From the human T2T-CHM13v2.0 reference genome, Homo sapiens: a stretch of 64,000 bases of DNA. Made by a program: the position numbers and the translations under genes. This document shows, piece by piece, positions 32,314 through 43,422 of the stretch. The stretch lies in NCBI RefSeq assembly GCF_009914755.1, contig NC_060928.1; one strand, written 5' to 3'. The notes beneath the pieces were generated by a model. It had not been told where the DNA came from, did no database searches, and was given only the letters and a program-made list of their open reading frames with translations. The first letter of the stretch is position 1. Every line of letters begins with the position of its first letter.

Positions 32314-32999
32314 ATTGATTAGTTTGTGTTTTCTTGTCTCCCATTTCTTTGTGTCTTCTTGTCTATGAATTCTTTTTTCTTTTTTTTTGTTGGGGAGGGG
32401 CAGGTGGAAAGATCTGATCTTGGAATAGGGATAAATATAGAAAAATGGATTAAAAACAATTATGAGATGACATGGACAATATTCTTATGGCTGACATGAT
32501 TACTTTTCTTCCTGTTAGAGTTCTATCTATCCATCACGTGATAAAAGAAAAGAATGAGAAATTATAACATACTCATAAGGGAGCTGTACCTTTGGCTAGT
32601 ACCCTATATTCTTCATTCATAAAATAAGTTATGGTCCTTTTACTGGTTTGCTTTGTGACACACTCATTTCCTGGATGAATGCTTCTTAAAAGAATGTGTC
32701 ATTTCTCAACTATGCTAGGTTGGAGACCAGTGGCATGGTTCCCAGAGTTTCCATAGACTGTTGATTATGTGGGTACAGAATTCAGGCTTTCAGTGTCTGG
32801 GCTAGGCTTGACATTAATTTATAAAGGATATTATGCTTTACTTTATTAATGTAGAAATATATCTGTAAATATACCTCTATATCAATGCACTGTCTTCTAG
32901 ATTCCATTTGGAAATATTCCCAGAAGGTTTATTTCTCCAGAAACTATGCAGTCTTTGTCTTGACAAGATGTTGAACTTTACCACCATAAATTCCATTTA

Positions 33000-33149
33000 C
33001 TTTTTGAGACAGGGTCTCATTCTGCTGGCCAGCCTGGAGTGCAGTGGCACCATCAGAGCTCACTGCAGTCTTGACCTGCCTGGGCTCAGGTGATCCTCCC
33101 ACCTCAGCCTCCTGAATAGTTGGGACTACAGGTGTGCACCACCACACCT

Positions 33150-33187
<38 letters not shown>

Positions 33188-33303
33188 GATGAGATTTCAC
33201 CGTGTTGCCCAGGCTGGTCTTGAACTCCTGAGGGTCAGGCTATCCTCCCACCTGGGCTTCCCAAAGTGCTGGGGTTACAGGTGTGAGCTACCATAACCAG
33301 CCT
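33000..33303 (-). mobile_element. AluJ-like SINE with an expanded central T tract
   Basis: Reverse-complement Alu dimer. Confidence 0.9.
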
Positions 33304-33799
33304 GCAAGTTCTGTTTCTAACAAAAGAAAAGTTATAATGGAGCAGACCAATGTTTCCTAAAAACAATAAAAGTCAACTTTAAAAATCTTTGACCATAAAT
33401 GATTAGAGATTGTTAATTAAATCTGGAGATGAACTTATTAGAAGGGGGAAAATGCTAGACATAAGGATTGAAAACAGCTCACACAAATTTGATTTTGACT
33501 ATTTCATAAACCTTTTATATGGAAATATTAGGTATATGTTTATGCTGGTAAGTATTTTGTGACATTTTATGGCACCACTTAGGTTTTTAAAATGCTTACT
33601 TCTCCCCTAAAAAAGTTTGAGCCTGAGTATAGTCTTAAGCAGTAGACAGTCCTAAGCTATGTGGTTTGTGAAAAATCTAGTTAATGTCCTAGATATGATC
33701 AGTAGTGAGATGAGCATGTCTTCCCACTTTTTTTTCTTTATATCAAACAATTCCCATTAGCTGTGTTTGGCAATATAACAACAACATTAAAATACTAAT

Positions 33800-33938
33800 G
33801 CTGGGCACAGTGCCTCACATCTGTAATCCCAGCACTTTGGGAGACTGAGATGGGAAGATCACTTGAGCCTTGGAGTTCAAGGCTGCAGTGAGTTATTGTG
33901 CCACCGCACTCCAGCCTGGGCAACAGAGTGAGACCCCA
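33800..33938 (+). mobile_element. Short Alu (monomer or internally deleted)
   Basis: gctgggcacagtgcctcacatctgtaatcccagc...gagtgagaccc. Confidence 0.8.
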
Positions 33939-33945
33939 GACGCTA

Positions 33946-34428
33946 TGCCAGGTCTGACCCACAGTCTCTGACTGAATGACGGATGAAAAAATGCACTCAG
34001 GCACAGATCACAGATATCCAATGAAAGAGCAGGCTGGGGACTGGGCCACTCATAGAAAGAGTTGCAGTAGCCACGGCCCTGACAAGCCAGTGCTGCGGGC
34101 ATTTACTCAGTACAGATTTAATGACAAAGGCCTTGAGTCAACACAGTTGTGGGTAATTAACATGGTCATGCACCCCCGCCACCCCCCCCCCCCCCGGCCC
34201 CCACCACCACTGCCCCAGAGAGATTAGTCCTGTGCGCCAACGGTTAACTTACCTAGATCAGGTTCTTTACATCCCCATGTTACCTAAACTAAGCTTTCAG
34301 GCACCAGGTAAGAGAATCTGGCTGCCTTCATCCAAATCCTTTTCCGAAGCTTTTGTAAACCTTCCAGCCTTCCAAGAAGGTTTGCATCTTTCTACAATTT
34401 TTGCCACCACCCTGACCAATCTCCTACA
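33946..34428 (-). mobile_element. Solo ERVK-type LTR (LTR22-like)
   Basis: TG...CA termini; minus strand starts tgtaggagattggtcagggtggtgg; family name from memory. Confidence 0.6.
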
Positions 34429-34624
34429 CTATGCTAAATATTTGTATAAGAATTATGCACATTTAAACTTCCTTTTTTTCCTTCGGAAATCCTTTTCCGA
34501 AGCTTTTGTAAACCTTCCAGCCTTCCAAGAAGGTTTGCATCTTTCTACAATTTTTCCCACCACCCTGACCAATCTCCTATGCTATGCTAAATATTTGTAT
34601 AAGAATTATGCACATTTAAACTTC
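34334..34624. repeat. 138-bp near-perfect duplication (34334-34471, 34487-34624) with a 15-nt spacer
   Basis: Direct comparison shows ~3 mismatches; also visible as a repeated peptide in ORF 34232-34639. Confidence 0.95.
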
Positions 34625-35335
34625 ACAATACTCCCATGAGAGGCTATAATTTGTTCCCACTTTAGAGGTGATGAAACACTTGACTGGGGTCACATCTAGT
34701 ATGTGATAAACTCAGTGTTAAAATCCAGGCAGGCTGGTTCTAACCATCTTTTAAGAAATTGTAAAAGTCGATTTGATATTTTCTCACTAATCCTTAGTGA
34801 CTGTCCACTGCTTTTTCATATACCTTTTAATCTCTTCCTGGGACCTAATTGGAACATTCTATGTAAATCCAATTAGATTCTGTGTCTTAGACTTACACTT
34901 TTCCAGGGCTCACGAATGTGGACTACAGTTTAGTGCCAAATGTCTTTGTATCTATCTGTTGCTTGTGATTTCCCCATCTAGAATGTTCTGATTGGCATGG
35001 AATTTATTTCTTAGCTAGTGATCTTTTATTATTCTTTCTTTCCAGTATATTGTTTTATGGCAAAAAAATTACTGAGGATTGGTTTTGAAAATGTAGCCTA
35101 TGAGATTATGTTTTCATCTTTGTTCTCCCTTCCTATAAAAGAAGATGATATCTCTATGCCTCAAGTGTAAAATTCCATGATCCTTTTTTTTCCTAATCTC
35201 AAAAAAGGAACTTTCCACTCTCTTGTGAAACAAGTATTCTAAAATGCTCTTGTGCTTAGCTGCTTTGTTGGGTGCTACTCAACATTCACATATATGACCC
35301 CTCCCTGCTTTGAGTTGGTGAGGTCTAGTTCCTTT

Positions 35336-35493
35336 AAGCATATCTGATTTTCACATACTACAAAAGGTATAGTAACCTTTTAACTTATAAAAATATGTGA
35401 TTTTAACCATATTAAAGCATATCTGATTTTCACATACTACAAAAGGTATAGTATCCTTTTAACTTATAAAAATATGTGATTTTAAACCATATT
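35336..35493. repeat. 79-bp tandem duplication
   Basis: aagcatatctgattttcacatactacaaaaggtatagta...aaccatatt x2. Confidence 0.93.
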
Positions 35494-36444
35494 TAGATTA
35501 GTTCCATCATATTTTGGAATGGTGAATGGTATGACAATTTTCCTATACATTTGCCAATTACAAGTCTGATGTTCTTTGTGTGTGTGTAGCAGTAAATGGA
35601 AAACAGAAGACAGTGTGGATGATGTAAGGGTGGTCTCATTTATCACTCTGCAATCCTTCCTTCCCCACTGTTAGAAATTGCTAGCCCAAGAAATAATCAT
35701 TTTGGCTACTAAGAAAGGGTAAATTTTCTGATGCATTTTTTAGAGATATTAACAGAATGTAAGATACTTTCTCTGTTAAAGCATGTTCAAGTTTAAAACC
35801 ACTATTTCTTTGAAAACTTATCCTGAAGATAAACTCGTTTATTTGAGGGTTTCTAGAATGGGTGAAAGGAATGATTCATTTTCTGATTCTTTTTCTGTTT
35901 TCCCCGTTCCACAGACATCTGCTTTCCTAAGCAGAGGATTCATTTTAAGACCTTCCCTAGGCATGGCTACTGAAATCCTAACCAGAAGTTTGTATAAACA
36001 CAACCCTTAAAAGACTACTAATTTCTTTCAGCCATATCTCCAGAACTCAGAGCAAGGGCACAGACCTGCTAGCCTTTTCCCTTTGGTTCTCATATATATG
36101 TGACCCTCTTGTTCTGTCTTTACTCCAACTTGGTCAGATGCCAGAAATTTGGTTATCTTTTATTTTTCATTGTTCTAGTCTTTAATAATCCTATCGCCTT
36201 TTATAATTCAGACCTACTGTATTTAGATAAATCTCATTAGATACAATATTATCACTGTTACCAATGAGACAGAAGCTACCACAGAGTGTCTCATAAGTTT
36301 GTTCATTCATTCAATAGAAATTTATTGCTTGTTAGGTGTTGGGCATACAGAAGTTAATGTATATGGCAAGCATAAAGAAGTTAATGTATATTGGGCATAC
36401 CGAACATAATGTACATGGCAAACCCAGTCATTCTTTTTATCTTG

Positions 36445-36750
36445 GCACCATGTGTTTTTCTTAATAACACTTATCTCCACCTTACATAACATTTATTCAT
36501 TTTATTATTTGTATCTTACACATTTGAATGTAAGCTCCATATGTAGAAACTTTGCTTAACTCCATATGTGGAAACTATACATCTGTTCACTGATGTATAC
36601 CTAGTGCTTAGTGCACCATGTATTTTTCTTAATAACACATCTCCACCTTATATAATATTCATTCGTTTTATTATTTGTATCTTATGCATTTGAATGTAAG
36701 CTCCCTATGCAGAAACTTTACTTTGTTCACTGATGTGTACCTAGTGCTTA
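36445..36750. repeat. Diverged tandem duplication of an L2-like 3' end
   Basis: gcaccatgt..ttttcttaataacac...tgttcactgatgt.tacctagtgcttag at 36445 and 36613. Confidence 0.85.
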
Positions 36751-37544
36751 GAACAGTGTATACAGCAGAGTATGTATAAGAACTCAGTAATATTCAGTGA
36801 ATGAATTAATGGGTCCCTACCCTTAACTCTTGAACACCCAGTTTATGGGTTTAAGTCACTGTTAGGTCCTTTATTACCTAAAATATTGGGGTAGGGATGA
36901 AGGACTGGAATATGTGTGTAGGGAAAGAGAAAGGACATGTGAATGTCAATTTAGATATGTGTTTGAATTTGTGCATATGCTCGTGTTGAGGGTTAAATTT
37001 TCCTCTGCAAAAAACACTTGACATTAATGCCTGGGGAGAGTGAGGTACATAAAGAAAGGAGAGCAACTGGCTTGGATATCTGAAAAGAATGCCAATTAGT
37101 TGTTTATAATAAGTAAATAAGTATATATAATCTACATCTAATTTATTAAACATTAAATATAAATTACATATCATTAATAGCTATCAGTTATATTGAAATA
37201 TCACCTAACACCAAACATTTACAGAAATTAAATTATTCCTCTTATTTTTATTACAACATTGAACTATATGTTAATTCTTAATTTTCATATTTTTTTGCTC
37301 TCTTTGATGGATCTCTGTTTATAGCTTAAAAAAATCAAAACCCTACTTAGGAGTGTCATTCCTACTTAATCCACAAATAAACTTTCTTATATAATTTGAA
37401 CTTCTTTAGCTTCTACCAGTACCAACTGCCTAAAAGTGTAGGGGGAACATGACTAGATTCTGAAAAGCATCACTTTCTTGGTCTTAAAGGACCAATTATT
37501 GGCAGGTTTGAAAATCAGCAGAGCCAGGAAGCTCAATGTGCTAG

Positions 37545-37685
37545 TTTAGTGGTTCTCAAACTTTACATCAGAATCACCTGGAGGGCTTGTAAACACAGAA
37601 TTGCTGGGCTTTATCCTCTAGAGCTTCAGATTCTACAGATCTGGGGTGGGGCCTGAGAATTTGCATTTTTAATAAGTTGATGCTG
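37545..37685. mobile_element. MER5A-like hAT DNA transposon fragment
   Basis: agtggttctcaaactt...catcagaatcacctggagggcttgt...ggggcctgagaatttgcatt. Confidence 0.75.
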
Positions 37686-38589
37686 TTATTGTCTCTCAGC
37701 TCCGAATCTGCCCTTCTGTACTTGCTTAGTGATGCTGGAGCTGGGATTCTGCTAACCAGTTTCTGCTTTGCCAGCTGACTCCCTTTTATGCTCCACCATT
37801 AGACTGCAAGGCTGGAGGAGGAAGGGACTAGCTCCTTAATGTGGGCCTTCTGTGTGCTCGTGGTTCCTGTGAGTATCACTGCTTCAAGGCTGCTTCACTC
37901 TAGCAGCAGCATTTCCTTCCCATAGTATCAGCAGAATCCAGTTTGAAGTTTTCCTAACATTTGTAAAAGAAGCTTCATTTTGCATCCCCTTCCCAAGAGA
38001 CACCAGCAAGCTGATGCCTCATTCTCAGAGATCTGGGTCCAGATAAACCAGCACCAGCTGAACAGCAAGAGGTTTGAGTTTTAACTGTGCATGGTCCCAC
38101 ATGAAGGGACCCACAACCCACCAGAATGGCATAATGATGACTCTAAACTGAAGATATTTAAGATACAGCAGATGCAGAAAGAAGCATTTGTGAGCTTCCC
38201 TTATCTGACTAAAGGCAAAGCTTTCTGAGAATGAAGCTGCCATTAATCCCCTGAGTAGGAGTGGGGGATTGAGGGGGTTGGGGAAGCTTTCAGCCAGGAA
38301 GGAGACTGACCATTAGCACCTAGATGAGAAATTGCATAACAAAACTTTGTCAGAAGCTACTATGCCTGCATGTTTTCACTAGAAGTCCTATACCCCTGTA
38401 TCCCCTTTTATTAAGATGATATACTATACAGTATATAAACCCTTACCCCTGGCCAAGGCATTCCTTATAGAGTACTCTTAAACTTTTCTCCTGTTAATCT
38501 ATCTGTTGTCAATTAATTTGTAGCAACATCCCCTCCACCCAGTTCTAAGTTGGTAGATGAAAAGTTTTCTTCCCCACCTACTTTCTATA

Positions 38590-38880
38590 ATTTTTTTTTT
38601 TTTTAGACAGAGTCTTGCTCTGTCAGCTAGGCTGGAGTGCAATGGCATGATCTTGGCTCACTGCAACCTGTCTCCCAGGTTCAAGCGATTCTCCTGCCTC
38701 AGCCTTCCAAGTAGCTTGGATTACAGGCGCATACCACCATGCCCAGCTAACTTTTGTATTTTTGTAGAGAAGGGGTTTTATCATGTTGGCCAGGCTGGTC
38801 TTGAACTCTTGACCTCGTGATCTGCCTGCCTCGGCCTCCCAAAGTGCTGGGATTACAGGCGTGAGCCACCGTGCCTCGCC
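38590..38880 (-). mobile_element. AluS SINE
   Basis: Poly-T plus reverse-complement Alu dimer. Confidence 0.92.
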
Positions 38881-38990
38881 TCTTCCTCACCTACTTTATG
38901 ACTTAACCTTTTTGGTTGACTTTCCCAGTCTGTGAAATGAGGACAGGTTGCTATGATGATTAAAGTAGGTAATTAATATACAGCACATAG

Positions 38991-39378
38991 TGTGTCTGGA
39001 GTTGGTTCCTTCCAGTGGGTTCTTGGTCTCACTGACTTCAAGAATGAAGCCGCGGACCTTCGTGGTGAGTGTTAACAGCTCTTAAAGGTGGCACAGACCC
39101 AAAGAGCGAGCAGCAGCAAGATTTACTATGAAGAGCCAAAGAACAAAGTTTCCACAGCATGGAAGGGGACCCCAGCGGGTTGCCACTGCTGGCTGAAGTG
39201 GCCAGCTTTTATTCCCTTATTTGTCCCTGCCCATGTCCTGCTGATTGGTCCATTTTACAGAGCAGTGATTGGTCCATTTTACAGAGTGCTGATTGGCGCG
39301 TTTAGAATCTTCTAGTTAGGCAGAAAAGTTCTCCAAGTCCCCACTCGATCTGGGAAGTCCAGCTGGCTTCACCCCTCA
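38991..39378 (-). mobile_element. LTR12 (LTR12F-like, ERV9) solo LTR
   Basis: Minus strand starts tgaggggtgaagccagctggacttcc; three gattgg (CCAAT on -) repeats at ~39243-39297; tgacttcaagaatgaagccgcggacc motif. Confidence 0.85.
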
Positions 39379-41116
39379 ATATGATAGTGTGAAGCACAGG
39401 TTAAACATTCACTATATGCTAAATGGTATTATTAATAAAATCAAGTTTCTTAATGTCTTACATTAAGTTGATTTTCTCAGTAGTTTTGTCACACTATAAC
39501 ATTAAAGTTGCATCTTCCAGGGTTTTAGATCATAGCATATTTTACTCAGTAGGTTCTTTTTACATTTGGATCTTTTGTTATTTGAATGCGAATGAGGATG
39601 ATCATTCATATGTATGTCTGTGTGTATACATGTTACACAGAGACAGTCCCATTATTTGCTTACCCCTCTATGTGCTGTTATACTTTACCTCTGCCAACAT
39701 AAAAGTGGTCTTTTCCACATAGGAAATTTTAGGAGTGCTATGCCCATATTCCCACCCATGAGTCACAGACAGAACTAGGACTTCGAGAGGTCATCTCTCA
39801 TTCAGGTATTCTCTGATAAGTCACTCAGTGCCTAACACATCTATGACAAATGGTTTCCTGGCTTCCACAGTTTCTTCAAATCCTTTAACAAATATTTGGA
39901 GGCTAAGACTGCAGGCTAGTCAGTAAAGATGCACAAGGATTTCTTGTGCATCTGATTCCTTGTGCACTGATGACTCCTAAGAGGTCATCAGTTCTGGTTG
40001 CCATCCTGAATATTCCAGACTATTTCTGATTTTAAGTACAGTGTCCTAATATTATTAAATACTCTATCTTTTGCAGAGCCCTCAGGCAAGGGGAGGCTGT
40101 TTTCTGTAGCCAGAAGAAGGGTGCTGCTTCTACTGGCTCAGAGGGTTCAAGAGAATTTGAAATTCAAAATTCTTATGTCCATTCACTCAGGGTCGCAGGA
40201 TCCCCACTCTTTTCCTGTTAGGGGATTGGCTTTGACATAGGACACTTGTCAAACTCTATTCAGTCTCCTTTGCAGCTCTGATATTCTTACAGTTGGATCT
40301 AGGCCTGATTTTCAATATTGCCTTTGTGGCTGGAGAATATAGGGGTCTCTTTAAATGGTGCCATGGAGGTCTTGGGGTATTCATATTGTGCCTTGAATTG
40401 ACAGGCTGACTTGAGCTTGTCATTTTTATTTTGCCAAGGCATCTAAACAAGTTAACAAAAGCTAGCCATCTCCAAAGCTATATAATTATTATTACGTACT
40501 TTTAAAGTGCCATGGCTACCAAACGACTCAATACTTCTGTTTCCATCTGTACCTCATTCCTTTCCATATGTAAGAATCTTAGTAGCTGCTATGTTACTAT
40601 ATGCCAGGGCTTATCACTACCCAACTCTATTGATGCCAGCATGCTGACTGGACCTGGAAAGTAGGAAGTGTCACGTATTCTAGATGTCCTAGTAAGACAT
40701 CTAGGTGCTAGAGGATAGGAGATGCCCCTATTAAGTGTTTAGAAGTATAGTTGTCAGAGGTGTTTAAATCAGAGTGACCCCATCTTGTAAAGAGGCTAGG
40801 TAAAATAAGGCTGAGACCTGCTGGGCTGCATTACCAGGAGGTTAGGCATTCTAAGTCACAGGATGAGATAGGAGGCCACACAAGACACAGGTCATAAAGA
40901 CCTTGCTGATAAAACAGGTTGCAGTAAAGAAGCCAGCCAAAACCCACCAAAACCAAGATGGGGATGAAAGTGACCTCTGGTCATCCTTACTGCTCATTAT
41001 ATGCTAATTATAGTGCATTAGCATGCTAAAAGACACTCCCACCATGACAGCTGACAAATGCCATGGTAATATCAGGAAGTTACCCTATTTGGTCTAAAAC
41101 GGGGAGGAACCCTCAG

Positions 41117-41146
41117 TTCCGGGAATTGCCTGCCCCTTTCCTGGAA
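41117..41146. promoter_or_regulatory. Tandem STAT/GAS motifs TTCCGGGAA (41117-41125) and TTCCTGGAA (41138-41146)
   Basis: Both match TTCNNNGAA inside the MER41 LTR; function untested. Confidence 0.65.
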
Positions 41147-41261
41147 AACTCATGAATAAGCCAACACTTGTTTAGCATATACTCAAGAAATAACTCTAAG
41201 TATCCTTAGTGGAGAAGCCCAAGCCACTGCTCTGCATATGGAGTAGCCATTGTTTATTCTT

Positions 41262-41872
<611 letters not shown>

Positions 41873-42165
41873 CCCTTTACTTTCTTAATAAAACTTGCTT
41901 TCACTTTACGGATTCACCCAAATTCTTTCTTGTGTGAGATCCAAGAATCCTATCTTGGGGTCTGGATCAGGACCCCCTTCTGGTAACAGTAATCTGTAGA
42001 TCTCTAAGGTATGGGCGATTTGGTGCACCTTGCAACTATCCCCACTCACAGCACTTGGAGCAATACTTTTTTACATTTTGGAAGCAGCATATATCATATT
42101 TGGGAATATCTCTCCAATTCATTTCTACTAACAAAAAGCCTGGATCCTTTCCTCCTACTGTGAAT

Positions 42166-42852
42166 TGTAAACTAAAAATAAAATCCTAAACCCCTCCCAA
42201 CTGAATGGACCCCCTCTTGACCAAGGGGACCCCAAAAAATCTTATAAACTAAATCCCCAGCCATGATGTGTAGGGAGGTTGGACACACCGCATTATACCC
42301 CTTCCTTTTTGGAGTTTAGTCACAACTGACCATTATTATGTTAACATAAGGTAACAAAATGGACTCTTTGTGACAATAAGATACCAAATTATAAACAGGA
42401 TCTAAAGCCATGCCAGACAAGGGTTAAGTCACACAACCCTGCAGGTCACTCTGACCCAGTGTAATATTGGTTGACAGACTTCTTTATTTTAACTTAAAAC
42501 ATTCTTTCTGCTGACTCTAAATTTTTAGACAAAGCTTCACTTCCTTAATCAATTGTAAATTAGAGAATCTGTGAATCTACCTATAGCCAGTAAGCCCCCT
42601 CTTTAAACATCCTGCCTCTTCAAAACATCCTGCCTTTTCAGGCGAAATAAATGTATACCATCCACATATTGATTTATGTCTCTGCTTGTAACTCCTGCCT
42701 CCCTCAAACTTATTAAACAAAACTGTAATTCAATTGCCCACTGGCACACGTTTGCAGGACCTCTTGAGATGCATTTCCCAGACCAAGGTCATTCATTGGT
42801 TCAAAATAAACCTTTTAAAAATGTTTTACAGAGTCTGACTTTTCCATTAACA
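42166..42852 (+). mobile_element. MER4-group ERV1 solo LTR
   Basis: tgtaaactaaaaataaaatcctaa...ttaaca termini; aataaa near the 3' end; subfamily uncertain. Confidence 0.65.
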
Positions 42853-43167
42853 GATTTAATAAAATGGCATTCTGATTTATAAATTAATCTCTTATTACCC
42901 TGACTTAATCTTACTCAAAATCCAAACAACTCTGAGTAAAGGAAAACAATTAAAGTTTGTTAACTTTTAAAGGACCAACTGCTGAATCATGTGTTCTCTG
43001 AAAAGTTCAGCCATCTCAGTGAGCAAAAAACAAAAGGATTTTTAATAAAAACTTCTTTCTTTCTTACTTACAGTCTACAGTCTTTATTTGGGTCTTCTAA
43101 AAACTGTAAAAATAGATCATCATCCTAGGTTTTGAGAAGAACTGATAATTACTCTATATCTCCTTAA

Positions 43168-43422
<255 letters not shown>

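Larger units (their letters stand above)
26505..32342 (+). other. FGF2: FGF2 long 3'UTR (~5.8 kb) with several AATAAA hexamers
   Basis: AU-rich; distal AATAAA 32308-32313 followed by GU/U-rich sequence; end point inferred from that signal and recollection of the long FGF2 mRNA. Confidence 0.85.

Noticed and set aside
34232-34639. 135-aa ORF with an internal peptide repeat
   Set aside because: By-product of the 138-bp duplication in LTR-derived sequence; non-ATG start
35336-35493. Direct repeats as a CRISPR-like array
   Set aside because: Only two adjacent copies with no spacers, in eukaryotic context
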